From NCBI GenBank assembly GCA_004764695.1, contig SMSO01000033.1, positions 744,001 through 808,000 on the forward strand: a DNA stretch of 64,000 nt, given 5' to 3'. The DNA is from Schizochytrium sp. TIO01. Its lineage: Eukaryota > Protista > Bigyra: Labyrinthulomycetes. A program made the position numbers and the translations under genes. Positions within the stretch are counted from its first letter, which is position 1, and the number at the start of each line of letters is the position of its first letter. Below, piece after piece: positions 45,760 through 55,694 of this stretch. The notes below the pieces were generated by a model that made no database searches, was not told the origin of the DNA, and saw only the letters and a program-made list of their open reading frames with translations.

Positions 45760-46930
45760 TACGAGCCAAGAGTCATGCATGTCATCACCTCTCTATCTAG
45801 CTCATCTTGGGATTGACCACCACAGATCTCACCATTGCTATTGTCCCTTGAGCGGGTGACACAGCGGAGTTTGCTTTCGTCACTGCGTCGGGGCTCAGCG
45901 ACTGACCGTGTGCCAGGGCGAAGACGGCACTTGGGCTGTGCACCTCCGAGTCCCTGCTCTCTAGAGTATTTTCAAGGCGCGTTAAAATTTCTCATAATCG
46001 GCATCAACTGCTTTGTACAAGCACGTTGCGATATCTACCATGGTAGCACAACGCGGTGGTGAGTTGAAGTAGGCTGTGAGAGCTTCAAGTTGAGTGAGTT
46101 CGATCGCTGATTGATTGCTGTGTCGGCCACGGTGAGGTCAACGACGTGACAGACTCCCTTGTAGTTGCCAGGTCATCGTCCACATAGCACTCAACGTTGC
46201 CAGTGCGAACATGAAATGGCCGTTGTGTTGTGCGGTTGAACCTAGCAATCCTGACTGATTTTAATAGGGCGCTCCCGAGATGTCGTAGAATCTCTCAAAG
46301 CTAGGGACGATTGTTGGTACGAGCTATTCAATTACGATCTCTAATTTTCAATTTAATCAGGCTGTATCTATAAGTTTTGGTAGGTCTTGAATTCGCACTA
46401 CTATTGCCTAACAGGTAGAACTGTAACTGGATCTGGACAAGACAAGTTGAGAGCGCTTCTGTGCAGGTAGGTCTTGAATTCGCACTACTATTGCCTAACA
46501 GGTAGAACTGTAACTGGATCTGGACAAGACAAGTTGAGAGCATTTTGTAAAGCTTCTGCAATCGAGCCGTCTGGCTAGTTATCCACGGATGTTCCCGTTA
46601 ATGATGGCTCTCCTAGCTTCTGACCACGAGTTCCAGACCTCCAACTCAAGCTTAGCTCTATTCGCATCATGACTTAGATACAAAGTTACCTTTAACTGCT
46701 CACGAAAATCTTCAAGGTTGGAATACATTGAAGCGAATTGTTGTGCTTGCTTTTGTATTCGGTGCTGTCCTGCGAAGGGAATGGTACTTTCCTGAGAGTT
46801 GTCAATCACCCCTTGTGATGGGTCGGTGCGGAAGTATTCACTTGGCCTAGCATTGCCGTTCTCATTCGAGATATGTTCAAACAACTGAGAGCCACATCAG
46901 CCAACGAATGCGCTCTCAACTTGAGAAGCT
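45760..46930 (-). pseudogene. Relic C copy 2 (diverged type), containing the 101 aa ORF 46579-46884 and an 87-bp duplication
   Basis: Reverse complement aligns with 40685-41760 (AAGTTGAGAGC.CAT.CGTTG.CTGA.GTGGCTCT...; LYLSHDANR..IINGNIRG vs MFLCHDASR..IINVNMRG). Confidence 0.55.
46379..46541. repeat. Tandem duplication, period 87 bp (76-bp identical units)
   Basis: GGTAGGTCTTGAATTCGCAC...GACAAGTTGAGAGC at 46379 and 46466. Confidence 0.95.
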
Positions 46931-47577
46931 GAAGTCGTTACAAGTTGAAGGATACTACAACTCATTAGGGCCTATAATGTCATTTCAATATCTCTTTTTT
47001 TTAAAATTAAATTAAGTAAACTTGAAGGAACTTGAAAAGAAAAGGAAAAAATATTGCAAAGCTGCTGTCACCGCAAAATTTCATATTAATGTGCCTGCTG
47101 TCCTGTCATAACGACGTGTAAAAAGCTTAGCAAGTAGTGTGCCATTCTTAAGAGTAACAGATGGTACTCCTAGGATAGTTTTGGCCTTTGCAGTAAAGGC
47201 AATGACCTATAGACAATCTGTTTCCGTATCCTTTGAACATTATTAGAATGACATTCTTTTTCGATCTATCATTTTCTTTATTTCTACTTAAATTAAAAAA
47301 AATATTAAGATAGATTAATTGAAGAACAACGCGAAGACTAAAATGACTAACTACTATCGTAGGGTACCCACATAACAACCTACTCGGATCTATTACAAAA
47401 ATGATAACCATGGAGGCCTGTGCTTAACTGAAACAACATAGTTTGGCGCTACGAGCTCGGGCCTTCAAAAGAGCTGGGCACTCCGTGAGTAGGACATGCT
47501 ACTCGAGAGTCGTTCATCTAGCGTCAAGAGTCGCGAACCAGCCGATACAGGTGAAGTAACAGACGAGGTCTTGCAAC

Positions 47578-49125
47578 ATGACTCTCGAACTGTTTGAGAC
47601 AGCAAGGCTTCGTGTGCTGCAGCTTGGGTTGTATTCTCCCATCGTGCCCGCAGGTGCCATCCCGCCAAATAAATACCCGCCACAACTCACTTTTGCAAAG
47701 GAAATCAAGGCGATTTGCTTGCAATGTGGTGCGGTACTGCTTGGTCAGCAGCTCGGAAACGCTGCCGAAATTGTGGTTCGTAAATATACTTCTTCCTTAC
47801 CAAAACCCCAGATCTATCGCGAGCGAGAGCTTGCAGCCATGGTCGGGGACCTTCTGTCATTTATTTGTATGAGCACAGCCGTTTTTACAAGTGTAGCTGG
47901 AGTTTATTTAGAGCGACCCAATCCTTTTTTAAGCCGATATGGCTCTTCAAAGGAGTATTTGAAGTGGATCGTGCTTTTAGTATTTGTGCTTTGGCCTGCT
48001 GTTCTGCATCTTTCATTTCGTCAAGAGTATGTTTGGTCTTATTCCCCAGGACTCTTCATTGGTGGGCATTTTGTGTTCATGGATAATGTAACAATTTTCC
48101 AAACATTTGGGTCCAAGATGGTTCAAGGTCTCCCCGGGTGGCGTCTCATGAGCAAAGGGGAGCTTATGTTGGGGTGGTTTATTGTATCAAGTGTCGCTCT
48201 CGTTTTCGTTTTGCATGTGCGATATTTTATGAGAGATAGCGATGCGCTATGGTCGTGCACTCTACAATACCTAACCCTCGGGCTTGGCTTGAGCATTGCG
48301 AGATTTTTTGGAGGGTCAAAACGTTGTTTCCATGCACATCACTACTTCAACTTTGGCCTACTTCTTCCGCTAACCCGCTTCCCCTTTGTAGGCTCGCTTG
48401 TCTTTCAATCCGTTGTAATTGGTAGTATGATTGAAGGAATCTCGTGTTGGGGCATGGACCCAATTTTCCATGACCCTTTTGCCTCAGACACATGTTTTGC
48501 TACGCAGTATTGGACAACAATGCTCATTATGCTTGATGAAGACTCAGTGTCGTGGCGTTCGAGTTTAGCTATTCTTCATGCTTTATTCTCGACTGCAGGT
48601 TCGATTCCCTATGGGCGCTTCGAGCAGCTTGGTGTCGCTTACTTGCATGCTAATCTACAAACAATGGCTTCAAAACTTGACATGGATGCTCATACAATGG
48701 TCTCCGAACCCTCACAAGCTCTGAACACTGCTGAACATCACCCTAGTGAGATCAAGAATGCCAGAGAGGAAAGCAGGACTTTGAGTTTATTACAAGGCTT
48801 TATATCTGAGGAGGTTGCAAACTGGACAGCTGATATCTCCACGCGTCTTGCCTCAGATGACATACAGTTATTAGCTTTCCTTGATACGGTTGTGCGCGGG
48901 ATGCTTGCGGGTTCTAATGAGCTAGGTCGTGCATGTTTGCATATTGTTGGCAGAGAACCAAAGATTTTTGAGATGCTTCGTATTGACAAAGATGCACGTG
49001 TTCAACGCATGCGGAATGCTATTGACCCTCTTGTACGCCCTCATGGGGTTCCAAGTGAGTTGCTGCTGAGCTATGAACGCGAGTTTGTGTTGTTGCTTGC
49101 ATCTATCTCAACAAATGTACCTTAG
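47578..49125 (+). CDS. Gene B: multi-pass membrane protein with HxHHY motif
   Basis: 515 aa with about 6-7 hydrophobic segments; HAHHYFNFGLLLP...FQSVVIGSMIEGISCWGMDPI resembles, from memory, the membrane domain of fungal LCCL-domain proteins; helical soluble C-terminus. Confidence 0.8.
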   Translation: MTLELFETARLRVLQLGLYSPIVPAGAIPPNKYPPQLTFAKEIKAICLQCGAVLLGQQLGNAAEIVVRKYTSSLPKPQIYRERELAAMVGDLLSFICMSTAVFTSVAGVYLERPNPFLSRYGSSKEYLKWIVLLVFVLWPAVLHLSFRQEYVWSYSPGLFIGGHFVFMDNVTIFQTFGSKMVQGLPGWRLMSKGELMLGWFIVSSVALVFVLHVRYFMRDSDALWSCTLQYLTLGLGLSIARFFGGSKRCFHAHHYFNFGLLLPLTRFPFVGSLVFQSVVIGSMIEGISCWGMDPIFHDPFASDTCFATQYWTTMLIMLDEDSVSWRSSLAILHALFSTAGSIPYGRFEQLGVAYLHANLQTMASKLDMDAHTMVSEPSQALNTAEHHPSEIKNAREESRTLSLLQGFISEEVANWTADISTRLASDDIQLLAFLDTVVRGMLAGSNELGRACLHIVGREPKIFEMLRIDKDARVQRMRNAIDPLVRPHGVPSELLLSYEREFVLLLASISTNVP

Positions 49126-49369
49126 TGCTCGAGTAGTAAGATCGAATAGACTAAGATTGCTATTCTTATTCTCGATGAAATCTTATGTTTCATTTCTTTG
49201 TTCCTTTGGCGACCTACTACTAATAAAAGGTTTTGTTCTGACACCTCATCTCAAGGTAATTTATACATAATTTACAGCATATTTCAACTCATTATTTGAA
49301 AAATTGATTCTTCATTTTCTTATATTTTTTTTTAATTTTTTTAATTTTTTATTATTTATTTTTTAATTA

Positions 49370-52300
49370 AGCTACCTTGTGATGAATAAGTTTTATCTCG
49401 ACAATTCCAGGGATCAGAAGAACCCAGCAAGCTCTAACCTTAACGCTGTCCCTCAACTTAGTTTGGGATCCGTACCATTTGCATTGAAGAGTAAATTATT
49501 ACTCAAACAACGCTGGTGATGTGTCTTTCAATCGCTGTTGATGAGATACTGCCAACAAATCCGATACAGACTCACCAGTAATTGAAGTTGCAATCAGCAA
49601 CGAAGAGTGCTCAACGCGAGCAATCGGATTCACGTTTTCTTTGATAAGAGTGTCAAGAATGGTCGAATCAAAACAATGCGTGCTTGCGATCACGATATGT
49701 AACTGTGTTTGGATCAACGGAAGCTCCCCAGATCGTGAAATTGCATCTAGAAGGTCCATGGCCATGTTCTTTTTGTTGCGCAGGTCATCGGCGGACAAGC
49801 GCACAGTACTCTTCGATCGGGTCATCCAAGGGGAGTCGTAAGACTCAAGAGTGACAGTGTCTCCTACTTTGATTTTTGTAGGACGAAGTTGAGCCTTTGT
49901 GTCGAGAGCTTCAAACTTGGCATCCATAAGCGACGGGAGTTGCGTGTAGTCAATGTTAGCTGACTCTGCATTGACCTGCTCGAAGCCTCCTGTTAGATCC
50001 ATAGCCCCTGGTTCATTGGGTATATCGTTCTGCTGCTGCTGTTGTTGTTGCTGAGGCCGTGAAGGTTGAGATGGAGCTCGTTGGCGTATTCTACTGACGC
50101 TTGAACAGGACCTTGTCTTATTAGCCGTCTTAGCCACACGCATAGGAGCAGGAGAAGACATCATGCGGGCGGCTTTCCGAGGTCCTCTCATTGCCGTTTG
50201 GCAGTGCCTTTCGGAACCAAGAACCCTTTCCTTGTACTTAATTGCGGAACTATCCTCAAATTCAGAGTATCGGGTCCTTTTGATAGGTTCACAATCAAAA
50301 TCAGAACCCCCAGAGCCATCATCCCCATCTCCACAATCTAACTCTATCGCTGATTCATTAGTTAGAACACGGTCCTTATAGCGATCCACCTCTTCTTCTA
50401 CTTTCTTTTGCCTACTCTCACTCATCATGTTGAGCAACGCTTCAACATGGCCTTTCACTGCTGCAATCTTATCTCCCGAACTTGCATCGGCGGCACCATC
50501 AAACGTCACCATATCACACGGAATCTGATAATCAATGAACAGCTTCATAAGGTTCTGAGTAAGCTCAATCTGCTTCGTGAGCGATCCAGGGTCAAGCTTG
50601 AGCAACAGCTCCAGCTGAGGTTTGATCTCCACAACTGCGACAGCAAAAAGAGTGCCTGCGAGCTGCATCTGCCGCATGGCTTTGGCAAACTCTTGCTGCT
50701 CGGGCGACAAACTCTCAATGGAGTCTCGGAATTTCTTCGCAGAGGGCAACGGCTCCAGAAGCAGAGGAATGATAGCGCAGTCCTTATTCTGAAGCACGAT
50801 AGCATGCTTCGGAGCGAACTCATCTTTTGCAGCGATTGTGCCAATCATCACAACGAAACTACTGAATTGCCGAGTTCGAGCAATCAAATTCACCTCCGAA
50901 TTTGCCGAATCACTGAAACGGTGCGTCATATACCCATGACAGAATTGTGGGCCTTGCAGCTCTACGGTGGTCGAGGTCCCCATTTTAAAGTGCATAGGAA
51001 CGCTTGGGTACTCCTCATCGTTTGGCCTTCGTACTTGCACACAAGTTGCTATCTCCCCGCCGTCGACCTTGTTAGGCAGTGCAATGGACAGGGAGCCTTC
51101 CGGAGCAAACCCGTGTCGCTTCACATCATAGCTAAATGGACGAAACACATTTCTCGAAAACAAACGCCTATAGTGAAATTGCATATACTCGTCCATCTGG
51201 TCTGGCGTGACCTCCTTGCCAATTGCATCAATCAGCTGTTTGCGAAGCAATTGCTCAACGTAGTCACAAGACCTAGAGACAGTCATGCAAATATCGTACA
51301 TGTGCAGCATCAGTTTGCAAACAGATGCTTCAAGAGTCGTGATCAAACCTGCGGACTCTCCACCATCTGGCAATGGAAGCAGACTGCGGATATTGTTGAG
51401 CCACTTGTCAATGTCAGCCTTGTGTTCATTCTGAAAAATGGTTTCTGTGTCCGAATCGAGCACATTGCCTGAAGCTCCGCCATCGTTCGTTTGCAGAACA
51501 GGAAGTACGGGGACGAAAATATCAGAAGCATCGTTGAAGCTAGACGTATTCAGGTTATCAACGTAAGCAAACAGCTGTTCAAGATGGTGTTGTACGTCAG
51601 TGCACCAGCGCGAAACATTGATGAGAGCATCCAATAGAACGTCAACGTTCTGATTACGACGCGGTGTGTGGCATGACGAGTTCGTCCGATCGATTGCAAA
51701 GGTGAAGTTGGTCTCCTTGTTTGCGTGTGCGAAGAGCTCAGTAATGTTGACACTAAGCTCAGGAAACAAGTGTGTTTCCGGCTCAGGAGGGAGTTTCTCT
51801 TTCCCAGTTGTAGTAACCTCACAACTACCCGTGCGTTCTACAAGAACTACACTTGCATTCTGCTCAGGCCCGGCACCTTGAAACATGATGATGCGAAAGG
51901 AGTGCTGTAGCTTCCATTTGTGTTTGAAGACAGTCTTATATGCCTTTGAGATGGCCTGGACTCCGAGAAAGGTAGTAGAATGCTCGAAGCCTACATCTTC
52001 TTTTGTTTCTTCAGTCTTGATGAAGTTGCATTTGCGCGACGCTTGAAGACGGAGGCTAACGGCTTTGCCATTTGACACAAGCTCTTGAGCATTGCGAATA
52101 GAAGCGTTGTCCAGCCCAAGTGCCCGAAGAGACGTAAGCAGAGCTTGCAGACCGTTGTTAACGGCATGCTCTACTAAGAGAAACTTATCATTATAAGCAT
52201 GCGAAGTTCCTGATACCGTCACAGGTACTTTCGACTTCTCCAATACGAGCTTGGCGCGCTCTACTCCGCGTTGCAGATTGCGCTTAAACCCCAAGGGGCT

Positions 52301-53420
52301 AAACGACGAATGCGCCTTGTACATTATGTTATTTATGAGTTCCAATGACTTTCAGATGGGCCCTGGATTCACTGCGTCTCACTCTCTCCAGTTCTCATTC
52401 GGTATTTGCAACCAGAGGGTTCTGTCGCTGCTGCTAGTCCCGATTCCAACACGTGCAGGTCCACGACTACCAAACCAACCACTGTTGGTTGTGTTGCTGC
52501 TGCTGCCGCTGATGTTGGTTTCTTTGAGCTGCTGCTGTAGCTTTGTCTCTTAAGATATCTGCTTTAAATCGATTCGGATTTGCTGCTGCTCCACGGAGGC
52601 TTTCTCTTCCCTGCCATACAGTTCTACTGAGTCAAGTTCTTCCACCCAAGATTTTACTTCTCAACTAGGTAATTCTCAGCTACTTCTTTCTCTACAGTTA
52701 ATACCTAGTTCTTGATGTTTCTGTCGCAGCGAGGGACTGTGAGGGACACAGGTCAGAAGCAGAACGTTCTTAGATCCATTTGTGAGATTGAGTTGAGATC
52801 CTTCAAGTTGAGAGCGCATGCGTTGTCTGACGTGGCTCTGAGTTACTTAGACGTACGTCGAGTGAAAACCGCGATGCCAGGCCACGTGAATGCCTCCTGC
52901 GCTGACTCCACCAATAGGAAGGATTCACAACTCTCACGAGACTAGTATCACCTGTGTAGGACATAATTGATGTGGTATCGACATAAAAGCAAGCGCTCCC
53001 AAATCGCTCTGATTCGCTCCAAAATCTCTTAATTGAAAAGCTTTGCGAAGATTTATAGAGACCTATGCACCTATGTCACGATGCAAGTAGAGAAGAGCAG
53101 GAGGCGAGTGCGTGAGCTAATGTTTAAAAGCTAAGAGCATACATCATCAACGTGAACATGCGTGGACTAATAGGCAGTTTGATCAATGTAGAATCTGTGC
53201 TGACTTTAGAGAAGTGCTGAATCCCAGTTCTATCTGTTAGGCGCTAGCAGTGCACACTCCAGGCCTATATAAACTACTAGATACAGCCTAGCACTGTTAT
53301 TTAAAAAAGTTATAATGAAATAAATTGTACCAACAATTTCGTTGCTAGCTTAGAGAGATTGGACAACATTTCGAGAGCGCTCAATTCGATCAGTCAGGAT
53401 TGCTAGGTTCGACCGCACCA
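49370..53420. repeat. Direct repeat of ~37305-41310 (gene A + upstream region + part of relic C), offset ~12.1 kb
   Basis: For example 52725-53420 matches 40611-41310. Confidence 0.9.
49499..52324 (-). CDS. Gene A copy 3: ~941 aa protein with the longest variable cassette
   Basis: Intact ORF; ATG homologous to copies 1 and 2 is at 52324 (MYKAH); convergent with gene B. Confidence 0.88.
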   Translation of the reverse strand: MYKAHSSFSPLGFKRNLQRGVERAKLVLEKSKVPVTVSGTSHAYNDKFLLVEHAVNNGLQALLTSLRALGLDNASIRNAQELVSNGKAVSLRLQASRKCNFIKTEETKEDVGFEHSTTFLGVQAISKAYKTVFKHKWKLQHSFRIIMFQGAGPEQNASVVLVERTGSCEVTTTGKEKLPPEPETHLFPELSVNITELFAHANKETNFTFAIDRTNSSCHTPRRNQNVDVLLDALINVSRWCTDVQHHLEQLFAYVDNLNTSSFNDASDIFVPVLPVLQTNDGGASGNVLDSDTETIFQNEHKADIDKWLNNIRSLLPLPDGGESAGLITTLEASVCKLMLHMYDICMTVSRSCDYVEQLLRKQLIDAIGKEVTPDQMDEYMQFHYRRLFSRNVFRPFSYDVKRHGFAPEGSLSIALPNKVDGGEIATCVQVRRPNDEEYPSVPMHFKMGTSTTVELQGPQFCHGYMTHRFSDSANSEVNLIARTRQFSSFVVMIGTIAAKDEFAPKHAIVLQNKDCAIIPLLLEPLPSAKKFRDSIESLSPEQQEFAKAMRQMQLAGTLFAVAVVEIKPQLELLLKLDPGSLTKQIELTQNLMKLFIDYQIPCDMVTFDGAADASSGDKIAAVKGHVEALLNMMSESRQKKVEEEVDRYKDRVLTNESAIELDCGDGDDGSGGSDFDCEPIKRTRYSEFEDSSAIKYKERVLGSERHCQTAMRGPRKAARMMSSPAPMRVAKTANKTRSCSSVSRIRQRAPSQPSRPQQQQQQQQNDIPNEPGAMDLTGGFEQVNAESANIDYTQLPSLMDAKFEALDTKAQLRPTKIKVGDTVTLESYDSPWMTRSKSTVRLSADDLRNKKNMAMDLLDAISRSGELPLIQTQLHIVIASTHCFDSTILDTLIKENVNPIARVEHSSLLIATSITGESVSDLLAVSHQQRLKDTSPALFE

Positions 53421-54109
53421 CAGAAATGTCATTTCATGCTGGCACTGGCAGCGTTGAGTTCTATGTGGACGATGACCTGGCAACTACTAGATACAGCCTA
53501 CTTAAATCAAAACAGGAAAAGAAAAGAGACCGAACAAATCCATTCCTAGCTTTGAGAGATTCTACGACATCTCGGGAGCGCCCTATTAAAATCAGTCAGG
53601 ATTGCTAGGTTCAACCGCACAACACAACGGCCATTTCATGTTCGCACTGGCAACGTTGAGTGCTATGTGGACGATGACCTGGCAACTACAAGGGAGTCTG
53701 TCACGTCGTTGACCTCACCGTGGCCGACACAGCAATCAATCAGCGATCGAACTCACTCAACTTGAAGCTCTCACAGCCTACTTCAACTCGCCACCGCGTT
53801 GTGCTACCATGGTAGATATCGCAACGTGTTTGTACAAGGCAGTTGATGCCGATTATGAGAAATTACAAGGTGCCTTGAAAATACTCTAGAGAGCAGGGAC
53901 TCGGAGGTGCACAGCCCAAGTGCCGTCTTCGTCCTGGCACACGGTCAGTCGCTGAGCCCCGACGCAGTGACGAAAGCAAACTCCGCTGTGTCACCCGCTC
54001 AAGGGACAATAGCAATGGTGAGATCTGTGGTGGTCAATGCCAAGATGAGCTAGATAGAGAGGTGATGACATGCGTGAGTCTTGGCTCGTATCAAACACAG
54101 CGAAATACT

Positions 54110-54341
54110 TGGGGGTTCTAATGAGCTAGGTCGTGCATGTTTGCATATTGTTGGCAGAGAACCAAAGGTTTTTGAGATGCTTCGTGTTGACAAAGATGCA
54201 CGTGTTCAACGCATGCGGAATGCTATTGACCCTCTTGTACGCCCTCATGGGGTTCCAAGTGAGTTACTGGTGAGCTACGAACGCGAGTTTGTGTTGTTGC
54301 TTGCATCTATCTCAACCAATGTACCCTTAGTGCTCGAGTAG
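54110..54341 (+). pseudogene. 3'-terminal fragment of gene B
   Basis: GSNELGRACLHIVGREPK...ASISTNVP, fused downstream of relic C. Confidence 0.8.
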
Positions 54342-54650
54342 TAAGGTCGAAGAAGGCAACATCACTATTCTTATTCTCGATGCCATCTTATGTTTCATTT
54401 CTTTGTTTCTTCATAGACCTAACAAAAGTTTCTGTTCTGATTTCTTATCTCATGGTAATTTATAGCATATTTCAACTCATTATTTGAAAAATCGATTCTT
54501 CATTTTATTATTGTTTTATTAAGCTACCTTGTGATGTATAAGTTTTATCTCGACAATTGAAGGAATCAGAAGAACCCAGCAAGCTCTAACCTTAACGCTG
54601 TCCCTCAACTTAGTTTGGGATCCGTACCATTTGCATTGAAGAGTAAATTA

Positions 54651-54926
54651 TTACTCAAACAACGCTGGTGATGTGTCTTTCAATCGCTGTTGATGAGATA
54701 CTGCCAACAAATCTGATACAGACTCACCGGTAATTGAAGTTGCAATCAGCAACGAAGAGTGCTCAACGCGAGCAATCGGATTCACGTTTTCTTTGATAAG
54801 AGTGTCAAGAATGGTCGAATCAAAACAATGCGTGCTCGCGATTACGATATGTAACTGTGTTTGGATCAACGGAAGCTCCCCAGATCGTGAAATTGCATCT
54901 AGAAGGTCCATGGCCATGTTCTTTTT
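54651..54926 (-). pseudogene. Gene A copy 4: 3' fragment (last ~90 codons)
   Basis: MAMDLLDAISRSGELP...SPALFE identical to the gene A C-terminus; truncated at the junction with gene B sequence. Confidence 0.88.
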
Positions 54927-55694
54927 CTTCCGCTAACCCGCTTCCCCTTTGTAGGCTCGCTTGTCTTTCAATCCGTTGTAATTGGTAGTATGATTGAAGG
55001 AATCTCGTGTTGGGGCATGGACCCAATTTTCCATGACCCTTTTGCCTCAGACACATGTTTTGCTACGCAGTATTGGACAACAATGCTCATTATGCTTGAT
55101 GAAGACTCAGTGTCGTGGCGTTCGAGTTTAGCTATTCTTCATGCTTTATTCTCGACTGCAGGTTCGATTCCCTATGGGCGCTTCGAGCAGCTTGGTGTCG
55201 CTTACTTGCATGCTAATCTACAAACAATGGCTTCAAAACTTGACATGGATGCTCATACAATGGTCTCCGAACCCTCACAAGCTCTGAACACTGCTGAACA
55301 TCACCCTAGTGAGATCAAGAATGCCAGAGAGGAAAGCAGGACTTTGAGTTTATTACAAGGCTTTATATCTGAGGAGGTTGCAAACTGGACAGCTGATATC
55401 TCCACGCGTCTTGCCTCAGATGACATACAGTTATTAGCTTTCCTTGATACGGTTGTGCGCGGGATGCTTGCGGGTTCTAATGAGCTAGGTCGTGCATGTT
55501 TGCATATTGTTGGCAGAGAACCAAAGATTTTTGAGATGCTTCGTGTTGACAAAGATGCACGTGTTCAACGCATGCGGAATGCTATTGACCCTCTTGTACG
55601 CCCTCATGGGGTTCCAAGTGAGTTGCTGCTGAGCTATGAACGCGAGTTTGTGTTGTTGCTTGCATCTATCTCAACAAATGCACCTAAGTGTTAG
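54925..55694 (+). pseudogene. 5'-truncated duplicate of gene B (3' half)
   Basis: Direct repeat of ~48362-49180; starts abruptly at TTCTTCCGCTAACCCG, just after the HAHHY motif. Confidence 0.85.

Larger units (their letters stand above)
53545..54926. repeat. Inverted copy of ~44922-46304 (relic C part, gene B 3' fragment, intergenic region, gene A 3' end)
   Basis: CCTAGCTTTGAGAGATTCTACGACATCTCGGGAGCG at 53545 is the reverse complement of 46269-46304; similarity runs on to 54926. Confidence 0.9.

Noticed and set aside
46379-46541. Repeat-spacer-repeat resembling a CRISPR array
   Set aside because: Only two 76-bp units with an 11-bp gap, eukaryotic context and no cas genes; it is a simple tandem duplication.
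37985-50380. Diversity-generating retroelement as the source of the gene A cassettes
   Set aside because: No reverse transcriptase or template repeat is present, and the cassettes differ in length and are unalignable rather than showing adenine-specific substitutions.
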